Of a stretch of DNA of 64,000 nt, positions 1 to 13,114 are shown piece after piece (the first letter of the stretch is position 1; each line of letters starts with the position of its first letter). The position numbers and the translations under genes are program-made. The notes beneath the pieces were generated by a model. The model was not told the DNA's origin. It saw only the letters and a list, made by a program, of their open reading frames with translations, and did not search any database. The stretch is from NCBI GenBank assembly GCA_012295275.1, contig CM022672.1, forward strand, positions 16,802,001 through 16,866,000, written 5' to 3'. Source of the DNA: Chrysomallon squamiferum (taxonomy: Eukaryota > Animalia > Mollusca).

Positions 1-271
1 TAAATCTACATTAATTGAAAAAATAGAAAAAGAGAACACACATCAGTAGAAAAGGATTCTAAAAACCATAAATTCAAATGATACACAGTAAATCTTATAT
101 TTGACAGCCTTTTGTATAAGAGATTTTGGCTGAAACAGGAATTAATCCCAAGTATGCACTGTAGAAGTGATCTCAGATTACTTTCGAACTATGTAGATAC
201 AGTAGGATCCAAAGCTACAATGTCCAAAAAGCTATCACAAATATGAAGTAAGTATATAAATTGTTACATAC

Positions 272-1694
272 CATTTTTTGTTTCCTCAGTTGACTGATTA
301 AATCTTCTGCTTCTTGACGAGACTCTTCCACTTTCTGTGTTTCTGAACTTTGATCTTTCTGGAACAAAGTAAACAAAAATATCTAACAACAAATATGATC
401 CTACTTTTAAACATCTGCCAGTAATATATGGGAATCACTAAAATCAAAACCAATCAGAGATTAAGTCATGATAAACATATTTACTATATGTAAGTAGAAA
501 AAAGGAGATGTCCTCTCATTTTTTTTTTTATACTTTATTATTAGAAAAGATTAGACTTCTTCACACAAATAAAACTAATACAGCTGTAATTTTGTAATCA
601 ACTAACAAGAGCTTTTTCAAGTTCGGCCAGTTTGTCAGCATATCCAGCTAGTTTGTTCTCATATCCACTTCTCTGCTGGTGCAGTTCTTGGGCTGCTTCC
701 TTTTTTGCCTTTTCCAGTTCTCGCTCAATTTCTTCCTGAGCCTTGCGTCTTGCTGCCTCAAGCTCTTCTTGCAACCTATCATTAATACCATGTTCATTAA
801 TAATTTATCTACATAGTTAATTTTTATTTAGGTTTATGTTTTTAAAAAAAATGGCATATTTGTGATAATCAAATAAAATAATTATACTCATGATTAATGA
901 AAGTGACATCAGCTGTCATAAACAAACCTGCTATACTGAACAAAAGTTATAAAAAAGATTTTCACACAATTTATTTTACTGGAGAATCCATGTAGGCTTA
1001 TACAGAATACGTATATGATACAATGAAAACAAACTTTTTTTAAATCAAAATTTTATACTTTAATATCAGCAATGATCAGCCTTAACAAATCTTAACTACC
1101 TGGCCTCTTGGACTCGCAGAAGTTCCTGCTTAGCATATTCAAAATCTTTTATTTCTGACGAAGTGATTTTCTTACTCTTCTGAACTTCTTGTGGATGGCT
1201 AAATCTGAAAAAAAATGAAAAAAAGTTTAAGAACTATTTCTTCATGCGTATCTTTTTAACTGGTTAAGAAGATAAATAAATAATAATCTACAACATAACT
1301 GATATGAACATGTCACTTGATTTTGATCACTATTATTGGTTTGTCTGATTTTTTTTAAACTTTTGTAAATTTTGTCTCCATAATCTTCTAACGATCATTT
1401 GCTATATTGTATGTATTTATTATCACCAATCAAGATAAAACATAATTTTCCACTAATACTTCATTCTCTTCTACATTATAATAATTAGAAGAATAAATTT
1501 ATACTAGTAAGGGTATGAACTTAAATAAAATCATTTGATGTCAGTGTACTTACTTTCTTATATGGATTAATAATCAGAACAATATAGGTCGTTATGTGTT
1601 ACTTAAAAAAAGTCTTACCTGAAATAATGATCTCCACCAAGGATAACTCTATCAGACTATTTAAATGAAAAAAGAAATATTTAATAGCAATAAC

Positions 1695-1729
<35 letters not shown>

Positions 1730-3449
1730 GCCTTTTCATAATATTAGGAACTAAATTCTGAAACGTTTTATTACCATTTGCAAATTTAACATGTTTAAAA
1801 ATTATCAAAATAAATATTTCTGTGATGAATGTAACATGTCATTATTAATTAGTTAACAAGATTTAAAATGTAATTAACTTTGCACATACATGGTGAAGAG
1901 TTGTTGGTTCAGTTATGAGACTTCCATTTACATAAGTCGGTGCATCTCCAATGGGAGTTATGCTAACCATACCTTCCACATTGTTGATGATGCTGAAAAA
2001 GATTTCAAAGTATTAATTATATCTTTTCATCTCAAAACTCTTGATAAACCTTTTGCAGTGATTGATATTTGATTATAATACAGTGAACTTCAGTTCATTC
2101 AAAATAAAAAACAGATAATGGGTATTGGAGGAAAAGGCTGACCAATAGAGTTGATGAATTTATGAATTAATTTATTTTTAACAATTTACAATGTTTACAT
2201 ATTTTGTATTGATCTATTATTCCTAAATATTTTTCCTCATCTTATCTAATACACTATACATAATCTAGTCTTTCATTTTTCCTAGACAATTTTTCATTCT
2301 TCAGAAACAGAGGTTTTTCATTCAATTTTTAGTGTGGCTTACGGGTACACGCTAGGCAAAAAATAACAAAATTTGATAGAACAAAAATGTTGATTTTTTG
2401 ATGTTTAGAAAATGTACATAAAAATTTTACTTCTTCATATAAATGTTTCAGGTCTTTTGCAAAAAGAACTGCCTATACACAGATTACATAATAACAATGC
2501 ATAATATCTAAAAACAAACATAATAATAATGCAAAACATCATAAAATATAGCCATAATAGGTGATAATATGGTTTATAAAACTGCATTTGGTGGTGGTGG
2601 GGTTTATGAACTTTCTTTTTTTGTACTATCCTAACATTTTTGGTAAGATGCTGCATGAAAATTATTTGTGCTAGACTTTCCAAATTTGGAATATATATTT
2701 GAAAACAAACACTACAAAATGACAGAAAGAAAATTTGGAAAAATTAACTATTTTTTCATATAACCTTTATCCAACTTTCCATTATTTCAAAATATGAATG
2801 AAAAACATATTCTTTTTAAGTGTGTAAACAAAGGCTAATTTCTTTCTGTTATTTTGTAGAAATATAGTCTATAATGAACCCCAGCAGTTTGAATGTTTTT
2901 ATATATATATATATATATATATACTGGTTTGGTTGGAGAGGTTCAGGAAACGGGGCAATATAATATTTAAAAAAAAAGCCAAAAATAAAGGCAACCATTT
3001 GTCATAAAATATTAAACTAGTACCAGTTTTTTTTTTTTTTATGTTAACAGAAGGGGATTACTTCCATGAAGTTTCAATTCTGTAACATTAAAAAATAATT
3101 ATTTTTTTATTTTTGCCACATGTATCCCCTTATATATAAAAAATACTCTCCAATTACATATAATTACAAATATGTTTACCAGTGGTTGTCAGCAATAAGA
3201 GCTCCATTTAACTGGATATCATGGTGGGACAGATCCTGCATTCGTCCAACTTTTGTTTGACCTTCTTTAATAATATACAGTAACATCTCAGAGAGCTGTG
3301 GATCTTCATTGAGGTTAACCAGTTTTGGTAATGTGTTGTCTACTTTCATAGCTATTCCAGATTTCTAAACACAAAACATTTAAAATTAATATTTTAACAT
3401 CTGTAAGTTTACATTAAATATGCAAATGTTTTCAAATGATTTATTTTAA

Positions 3450-3510
<61 letters not shown>

Positions 3511-6500
3511 TATATATATATATGCATGCACATATCATTTTTTTTTCTCTTTCTCATGAACATACACATACACACAAACAAAATTAAAGCTTTTGTTCAT
3601 TTTGTTTTTTTCCCAATTAAATTAACATTTTCTGGTATATTCATGACTGAGTATAAAATGAATATATTTAAATACATTTGTTTTATTATAAAAAAAACCA
3701 AACAAAACAAGAAATTTGAACCTCCTACTGTCAACCAAAAGTATTAATCATAAGGTATGAGAAAAAGTATAAAATATACTGGATACAAAATCATTATTCT
3801 TTCTGTTATAACTTATTATTTTTCGCAATATCAAATGCAATAACAAGTATACAAATACCTCTAACAGCTGTGATTCTTGTAATTTTCTTGCTTCAGCCTG
3901 CCTGAATCGTTCTTGCCAAGATCTATTTATGATATGACATACATGAAACATAAAAAATTAATTTTGCACAAAGAAAAAAGAAAAAAGAGGAATCTCGAAC
4001 ACTTCCAAATGCTAGAAAAATATATAATTATCAGATAAGTGCAAGATTTTTTTGACATTATAACAAAACATTTGCTAAGTTTGCTGAACATCAGCACAAA
4101 TGATTTAGCTAAGTTTCTGTAAATTAACACAAATAATTTAACTGCCTGAACTGAAATGGCCAAAGGTAAGAAGGCTGGAAGGTTCTTAATAATTTGCTTG
4201 TTAAAACCAACTTTTACTCATTCATTTTCTTGATGATGTCATATATAATGTATCTGGATCCATATAAAATAGACTGAACAATATTATCTAAAAGCCTTTT
4301 ATGAAAATAGTAAAGTTAATTAATATTAATCCCAAAACAGACCAACACATAACAAACATATCTAAAATAAAATCAAGACCATTGAAAATGTTAATAAATT
4401 TTTCAATGTCAAAAGGATTAGAAATTCACAATAAACAAAGTTTCAAATATTGGAAAGCAGTTAGATAACAAACTTGTATACTATCTCATATGCGTTTATC
4501 ATTTAATTCCAGATTGCTGTAATTACCTAGACATTTCATCCATTTGCTTTTCTTTCGCCAGAAGTCGTTCACGCAATATAGTGATCTCTGTTAAACTTCC
4601 AGTGTAACTCTCATCACCCATTTGTCCTGTCCGTGCTTGAAGCTTCTCAATTTCTGCTCTTAGTTCTGCCCATACAAACAAAAGAAGATTTTTTTTAAAC
4701 ACAAAAAGAAATAATTCCTAGCTCAAGTCTCTTAAAAAATTATCCATTGAGAAAACAACTCACATTACTCTAGTACCATCTCATGTTTTTAATCAATAAT
4801 CAATCTTGTCCTACATCTCTCTGATTTTGTTAATTTAGTAACATTTATGTTTTGTCAGTATCTTATTTATGTCATCCTCAGCTTGTGTTTCTGTTCACTC
4901 ATTTACACTGCAAGGTTTCACTAAATTCACTAAATATGTGTACCTCTAATAATTCTTGCCTTTGGATCTTCATTGATGCGTACAACATTCACAATTGATC
5001 TTGCCTGCTGTGCATATTTGATATTCAGTCAAGGTATCTTAATCATTAAATAACATCACAAACAATAAAATTCAACAAAAGTAACTGCTTCAGTAATTAA
5101 TACAATAAAATTTCTCAATCAGATGCTTTAGTAACAAAATATTAAATTACTAATGTTTATGGACTGCTCAAAATAATAATCATAATCTTTTTTTTTTAAA
5201 TTATTATTATTTTTTTTAATTATTTCTCAGCTCTGTTAGTTTCAAAATGGACATTAAATTCTTCCAACACCATGCACATTTCACAGCACCTTACTATTTT
5301 TTTCACTTACATTAAAGTCCTGACTATTTAAGATAACAGATAAATATGAATTGTAATTGTTAAAAATATAGTCAAAGGATATCTGAGAGTGCTGAGAGTT
5401 TCATCAATGTGCTGCTGTACTGGACTAATTGTAGCAATCATTGCAGTCTTTGAGTTGCCACCAAGACTTTCTTTCAGCAGCCTAAAACCAAATAATATCA
5501 AATAATTTCGAAATAAAATGAAAACAATAACACTAACCATAATGGAGAGATAAGAGACACAGACACATACACACAAACACTATTTTCATAATACTACTCA
5601 TCAGATTTCAAAACTTTACAACTTTACAAGCTAACCAAGAAGCATAATTTCTATTTTTAACAGTCATAATCTAAGCAATACAGATGAATCTGCACAGTAA
5701 TGGGTTGAAATAACATATGTTTCAGTTAGACAGCTCTATGTTTAACATTTGATTTATACCTGATAAATGACTTTCTTTTAAATCAGAACTATATGGAATG
5801 AATATTTTCCACTTCCCCAAAACTGGTCATTATTTCAAATCTTACCAAATAAAAAATGAATAGCTACACAGAATAAAGATTTTCCAATATCCTGATAACC
5901 AGCCATTATTTCTAATTTTACCTACTAAGAATGGTATCTCTATATAGAATGACTATTTTATATTTCCCAATAACTGGCCATTCAAATCTTACCAAGTAAG
6001 AACTGAATCTCTGTATGGAATGAAGATCTTCCGTTTCTTGCCATTGGTTGTTGACTGTTCTGATAGGAGAGAGATCACTTTACCAAGTGTCATCAGAGAT
6101 TTGTTTATATTAGCACCTTCCTGAAATCAAATTTTATAATTACAAGAGAATATCTGAGATTATATTTTTATTATTACTTGGCAGTAGTAATAAATTAATA
6201 GTAATAATAGAAATAACAGCAAAGTATTAATATAAAATATTATAATTTATGTTTCAAAAGCTCAGATCAGATAAATTTTTCTCTGATGAGGCTGATAATG
6301 GTGGATTAAAAAACAGAACAACTTACTCTCAGACGTTCTCCCGATGTCTGTGCTTGAGACTGGCGCTCACTACCAGCTAAGTCAACAAGATTTATTTTGC
6401 TGTTAACTGAACTGTCATGATCTTTGCCTTCCAGTCTTTCAGTCTGAAATTTTACAATACATTATGACTGTAATACTTAAAGAAAAAATTATGTAATCTG

Positions 6501-9500
6501 GAAAGTGACATCACATACTGATTGATATGAGCTTAAATTTGAAAATTTGTGATTGAAATATTTTATTTTTATAAATTATGTTACATAATTATTATTATTA
6601 TTATTATTAATTTTCATTTTTCAGTGTAATCGATTTTATTCACAAATGCAGTCATTTCAATAAATGTTTATACATAAAAAAATGTTGACTGCAACTTTCA
6701 CTCTCATGTTGTAAAACTACAAGTCACAAATCTCAAAATTAATTTTTCACACTTTAAAATTAATGGGTCATCCTTAATAGCTATATGCATATCATAAATC
6801 CTGCTGCCACATATTGATGACTATATAAAATAAATGTTGTCATGTCATTATATTTATATAACATTGATGAATAAATGAATTTGTTTAACAAAACCTCATT
6901 TTAATTTTAATGGTTGTTATAGGTTGAATTTTACATTTACATTATTATGATAAGAGATAACAAACTGCCACTGTTCAATCAACTATTACCATCATTTCTA
7001 ACAGGCATCTTCAGTTAGAGTTTAGACCTCTGATAAACCAGTTATGGGACATGAGATAAACAAGGAGAGAAAACCCTAGTGGACACATTAAGATTAAATC
7101 CTGCGATGTATACAACCACCGCTGAGCAATGTAATACAGTCGCCATGCAGTATTAGTATTACAGACATTAGATAAATGTACATTATGCTAATAAGTTAAT
7201 ACTTACTCTGGTCTGAGTCATCACAATAGTGAATACAGAATGAGATCTACTGCTCTTATCATTCATTCCTGTTGCAGCTGTAGCTCGATTTTTGTTACCT
7301 AAAGTTATCCAACCCTGCAAATTAAAAATTATCACTTTACAGTGAAACTCTACTAGTACAGGTATGCAGATTATTGATTTTATCTATTTGTGATGTGATC
7401 TGGGAAAACCTCTGAACGGTGCATGATGTAAAAATGAGAAAAATGAAAAGTAGGTCCAAAATTATTTTTTTTACAAAAGTAAGTGTTTTGTTCCATTTTA
7501 TTATTTAATAATTAATGTTTTAACTGTGTTGTCACAATGGGTAATTTGGGGAAAATAAATATTAATGCTGATAAAATAGTGGTTTTACCTATTGTATGAA
7601 ATTGTTGAGCAAGAGGAAGGATAATGACTTAACATTAGAATAAGACATATATTTTGAATTTATGACAGGCTGCCTGTTTGTTTGTAAATCCTAAATGGCT
7701 GATGCTGAAACTCTGACTAAAGTAATGGTTTTATTATCTCCATGTGAAAGGTTTTCCCATCACATTTATGTTCAGTATGCTTTCATGTGCATTTAGGTTA
7801 AACAATCTTTTGTGACGTTATTGTACAGAATTCCAGCAGTAAGAAATAAGAAAATAATTGAATCTGGCCCCAATCACAACTAAATGGCATCATTTTGGTA
7901 TTTTTCTGTGAAAAAAAAATGCCAGTATTTCAGATTGAATTAACTTTATAAAGTGTTTTCAACAACAATTTTGAACTAAAGGCATTGGCAGAATATATTA
8001 GTCATTCAAATGAACTGATAGCTAATTTGTAACAACCAATTTCTAATAAATGTGACTGTTTTATCCAAACCTGTGGATTATATTGCTTGGAATACCATGA
8101 AAGGCTGAGAAGTGGTGGATTCTGATATGTGTATTTATTTACCTACCTCAACATCATCAAAAGAGTTCACAACAAAGGTGGACAATCCCTCAACATAAGG
8201 ACCAAGGACAGGATGTTCTCGTACTCTTAGCTGAAATGAATAATAATTAACAGGTTCAAAATAGCATCATTTTCAAAAATCAAAAGTTTAATTATAGCCA
8301 ATTAATGCAAAATGCCTGACAACCTTAATCTACATAATTTCAACATAACTATAAAAGGAGACACAAATATTAATGCTAACTTTTATGAGGGCAAAAAAAT
8401 AACCTTAAAAACACACCGTAGCTTTTTTCCCTCCCTTTTCCTTGGAAGATGCCAGTAAGTCATGGATCTTTTCATTGTAGATTTCAAAGAAGCTAATCTC
8501 AACAGCAATCTTCACCTGCAATATTAATTTGTCATTTTGTCATGAAGAAAACAAATATCCATTGATAAATATTAATTCATTTTTATTTGAGTTTTTTTAG
8601 AAAAAGCTACAAGCACAAAGTTATTTATACATACATTTACCTACTTACTTACGCATACACACACACACACACACACACTACACATTCTCACACAAAGATA
8701 TACAGACATATACAGAAGTGCACACACACATTCAATTACTTTAAAACATACCATTTTCTTGTCTCTTGAATGTTCCACACGAGAAAACAATTCTTCACAA
8801 AACCTTGGGATGATTCCTATCTCTGTTCCATGACCCATCATACTTAAATAAATTAGAAAAACTTTTTCAGTTGCAAATAATAAATATGTATCCAAGTATA
8901 TTCACAGTCTTCTAACATTTTTGTGAAGTATATGATATTGATTTTACATTTGTACAAACACCATATTTTAACCCTTTCAGACTTTTGTACATATTAACTA
9001 TTAAGGTACCATAAATATATCATGTTGGAACTTACAAACATGGATTTTTGATTCATAAATAGTATCCAGTTAGTGCTGTAAACTCTTTTTTGATAAATTA
9101 GAAAATAAAAGAACCACACATATTTATGTTTTCATCCAAACAGAAAATGTTAAAGATGTGATCTAAGCACTGTTGTCAGTTTTAAAAACTTACCTGTAAC
9201 TTTTTCCACTACCTGTCTGACCATATGCAAAGAGACAGGTGTTGTAACCTTCAAAAGCCTTAGCCAAGAGAGGTTTAGCCAACTGGTTGTAAACATAACT
9301 CTGACTGGCAAATTCTCCATGGACTCTGTCACAAGACCAGAATGAAAAATCATATGTGAAGCGATGAGCACTGCCAGTGTCACTCATAACTGTTGTCTCA
9401 TTGCGACACATTGTCACAACATTACGTGTATTGGGATCTGCCAGTTCTCTGTAGTAATAATAATAATTTTAAAAAGAAGAGTAGAGATATTTATCAACGT

Positions 9501-10347
9501 ATCTGTTTTAATAATTAGGCTCTAACATATAAAATACTGATGAAATCAGAGAAATACTGTCCTTTAATGCTGTATGCAGAATGTGGATATCAGTAAAATC
9601 AACACTAAGGATTTATGCAGTAATGGATAATGCTCGAGATAAGTTATATCTTACTATACTGTTCTTAAATAAAAAGCAACAGATTATTAATAATTTTTTT
9701 AAAGTTGAAGTACACTAATAGTAATACTCTGTTCATTATTGTTCTGCACCATTAAAAAACAAAAAGGAAATAATGAATTTTCAGTAATATTTCAATTTCA
9801 TGACAATAATGCAAAACATTCATACGAACCTCTGATTAGGAGGCCTGACACGAACAGCAACTGTGATACTGGTACAGTCATCATCATCATCAGTACTTTC
9901 TTCGTAACTAAGATCAAATTTCCTTGGCGTTTCCATCTGCACAACTCGATAGCAGTCTGGTGTGTTAAACATTTTACTCTCAAGAGTGTGACGACGACCT
10001 TTGGTTGGTGTTACATTTGGAGTGCGAAAGTAATTATTAATCATAACTGCAGAAGAATTTGTCTTTTTTTCATCAGAGGGCAACTCAGATGTGTTACTTT
10101 CATCTTTTGTTATTTTTGATGTTTCACAAATGTCTTGAATGTCTTCTTGTAATTTGGTTGTTTTTTTGCCATTAGATTGGTTGTTAACCACTTTAAGTGC
10201 TGCAATATGATCAAGCTTTATTTTACCTAATGACTGTGTTCCACCAATTGATGTTTCTATAACATCCTCATCAAACGTCACTGATTTTGGACAAACTGGT
10301 GATGACACCGATGGCTCAACATTTTCCTTCCCTTTTTTTGAATCCAT
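272..10347 (-). CDS. KIF14: Kinesin-3 family motor KIF14-like, multi-exon; 3' part lies beyond the left edge of the window
   Basis: Hand-spliced in-frame exons (minus strand): 10347-9830, 9448-9194, 8842-8752, 8515-8417, 8230-8147, 7314-7207, 6443-6327, 6120-5993, 5481-5383, 5017-4944, 4665-4527, 3922-3859, 3364-3180, 1992-1890, 1656-1619, 1204-1100, 775-607, 358-272. Motifs: VAVRVRP, P-loop [27 protein letters not shown], switch [12 protein letters not shown], switch [71 protein letters not shown]. These are followed by an FHA domain ([16 protein letters not shown]...[13 protein letters not shown]) and coiled coil. The long N-terminal extension before the motor plus the FHA domain fits KIF14. 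All introns are GT-AG except 5018-5382. Confidence 0.93.
5018..5382 (-). other. U12-type (minor spliceosome) intron with AT-AA termini in the kinesin gene
   Basis: Minus strand: exon ...CTC AG | ATATCCTTTG (U12 5' consensus RTATCCTT) ... TACCTTGAC (U12 branch-point match, branch A at 5029) TGAATATCAA | A TAT GCA. Joining restores the conserved TLRYA, and no GT-AG placement does so. Confidence 0.88.
5781..6037. repeat. Degenerate ~71-76 bp tandem duplication of a kinesin exon 3' end plus its splice donor (real copy plus ~2.5 decayed copies)
   Basis: The plus-strand unit 'aactggccattcaaatcttaccaagtaagaactgaatctctgtatggaatgaagatcttcc' (5972-6032) recurs in decayed form at about 5894-5968 and 5819-5893, and partially at 5781-5818. 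Donor-complement 'ttacc' ends at 5846, 5922 and 5993. Confidence 0.75.
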
Positions 10348-10712
10348 GTTATTTTCTTATTTTCTATTTTTCTTCACTTCTCAAAAACATCAAATGAATT
10401 TTATATTTCTCTTATTTATGTAATTCATTAGAACTAACACTGGAACAAACAAATGTTTATTTTGTTCAAGAGGATGTAAATAAAAAGTTTAAATTATTTT
10501 CTGTTAAATTTTGTATATAGTTTTCATATATGGCTTTCACGTTAATGCAATAATACTAATAAGTTAAAGAAGAGACGTCGATTGACTACAAATTCTATCT
10601 CCTTTCACAAAAACTGATCTATTTCAAATACTTAGAAGTTAAAACACCGCCTTTTCAGATGAATTAGTTTATTAAATTTTATGACCACTGAATAACAAAA
10701 TTACAGCATTAC

Positions 10713-10900
10713 CTGGTGGAATGTTGTGCTGTTTATTATACTATATCTTGAAAATGTTGCCTCTGAATTCAAATGCAAATTATATATTTTTTTAAACTGT
10801 TATTATGGACAAGTTCTCGAAAAAAATGTTCCAGTTTAGCCATTTGAAATACCCTCCATAAATAAAAGATACTTCCGCTAAATACGAATATATGATTGGT
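10713..10900 (-). promoter_or_regulatory. Candidate 5'UTR exon and proximal promoter of the kinesin gene (CHR-like TTTGAA, GCGGAAGT, CCAAT box)
   Basis: Minus-strand donor CCAG|GTAATG near 10712. TTTGAA at 10843-10848, ACTTCCGC at 10871-10878, ATTGG at 10895-10899. These are short motifs in AT-rich DNA, so support is weak. Confidence 0.3.
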
Positions 10901-11135
10901 TGATTTTTTTTTCAGAATTTAGTACTAATCTAAAACCATAAAATGTAATCGCGGTAATGTGAACCAAATGAATACTTTTTGGTAGATTTTTAAAAGGTGT
11001 CCAGAAGTGTTTATTAGTTGTTTTGTATTGTTATATCTTTTACCAACTATAAACAAATACCCCGCTTGTATAATCATGACGATGAAGAGGATGATAACGA
11101 GATCACGTAATAGAAAGACTGAATCTCCGTTAAAA

Positions 11136-11185
<50 letters not shown>

Positions 11186-13114
11186 ATAATAGCAACAACA
11201 TCAACAAAACAACAGTAATAACAACAACAACAACAACAACAACAATAATAATAATAATTTATTTTAAAAAGTAAATTTATAACAAAAACTAAACCAAGTA
11301 TATAACTGAAATCTTATGAAGTTGGGTGTTGATAGTTTCGTTGGTGATTATTATTATTGTTTGCAAAAACAACCAGTACAAAACACATTTAAAAGTACAT
11401 GATTGTACTCTAGCTACATGACACAAACTGAATTGTATTTAAACCTCCCCCTCCCGAAAACAAAATCTCTGGAGAAAAACTGCCACATATTTATTTTCAC
11501 GGAAGTTATAGGTGGCAAAAAGATAGTCTCAGAATTTACTATGTAACTTTCCTCTTCCTAGAATTAATTTTGTATCGGACGACCAGTGAATATAAATATA
11601 TATGACATACTCTTGTTGTTGCTTGTATTGTGTCAAAGAGGAAGTGTCCTGCATTCAAATTAAATCATCCAACAGTTCAAAAACCCGGATGCGAAACAGA
11701 AACTAGGGAGTCTGGTTTACGTTTTATTTGAAACTTCTTACAGACATAAAGGTTAGACTTCATTTTTTCAAGTGCAGTTTTTATTATTATACATTTATTA
11801 TTACTGTAAGATCGTATATGTTTTACAAAAGGTAACCTATACTGTTTCAATTTTATAATTACCGTAAGAATTACAAGAACAAACTTCAGTTTTCAGTTTT
11901 GCATTGATACTCTACTTCCTACAGTCCGCCACAAATGGGCGTGATACTTCGAACTGAACACAATGTTTGCGACTAACGTTCGTTCGAACGTATGACCAGT
12001 GGCGTAACGTGATCGGGGCCAGAGGAGCGATTGCCTCAGTCGCAGAATTTTTTTTTTTTTTTTTTGTGGAATGTATATATATATATATAATAATAAAGTG
12101 AAAATTAATTAGAATGGCCTGCTCTCACAGAGAATCTCCGTTCTATAACCACTAATAACTGTTTTTGATTGTTGTACTTAATTATAATAATGAAAAAATA
12201 ACTATATTGTTGTAATAAAACAACATTATTATTACAGTACAAAAAATATGTTTATTACATTATGAACAGGAGCATAATTATCCTCTGGGAGCCACCATAC
12301 AATCCCTTTATACTGGCCCTGACGAACATCAAACTAAGAGAATTACAAAACAGTGGACCAGTTAACAACAAAATGTCACAGAGAAGTCCCAGGCCAGTAA
12401 CCCAAATAATTAAACCAGAAACTTACCTCTTTGCCACATTTGCAGTCTTGCAGCAAATCAATGCTGGTATAGCAATTCATTCTTTGCGATATTGCCACAG
12501 TTTCCGACTCAAAAATGTTTGTGAAAATTGTTTTATTATATAAATTCCTGTTGTATTGTGGGCACACTACATATATGCAATCAAATATTTTAATTATGCA
12601 ATAAGTTTAAGATTAATTTATGATATTAGCATTAAATACATTTTATTATAATTATTATATCAGTATTGCTTAAATCTGTTTGGGAGTCACTGCTGGACTC
12701 ATGGAAGGTTCTTGGAGAGGGATAAATTCGATGGCTTATGTGGCACAATACTTGGTTTGCCTTGGATGCTGGCAACCCATACCATGTTACTGCAAAAGAC
12801 TCGGACAAAAAAAAAAAAAAAAAAAAAAAATCAGAGATAGAGAGAAAGAAAATAGAAAACACTGGCTAATATTTTATAAATAAATATGCCTAAATTTTAG
12901 GTCAGTCCCTTCTCCTCTCTCTCTCTCTCTCTCTCTCCCCTCTCTGCATATCCTTATTGTAAAATTATAACAGCATCTGGTTTTTGAAGGTGCCAGGACA
13001 ATTCCTCACTGGACACTAACCCACTTGGACAATTCCCTAGTCCATAAAGACAATTTTGGACAATTCCCCATTGTTAATTTTTTATAAGTGTCCATGGCAA
13101 GAATCAACATCGTA

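Noticed and set aside
11997-12325. CAGTGGCGTA... start and ...GGCCCTG end resembling hAT-type MITE termini, plus ggacaattccc mini-repeats at about 12995-13070
   Set aside because: The ends do not match each other and no target-site duplication was found.
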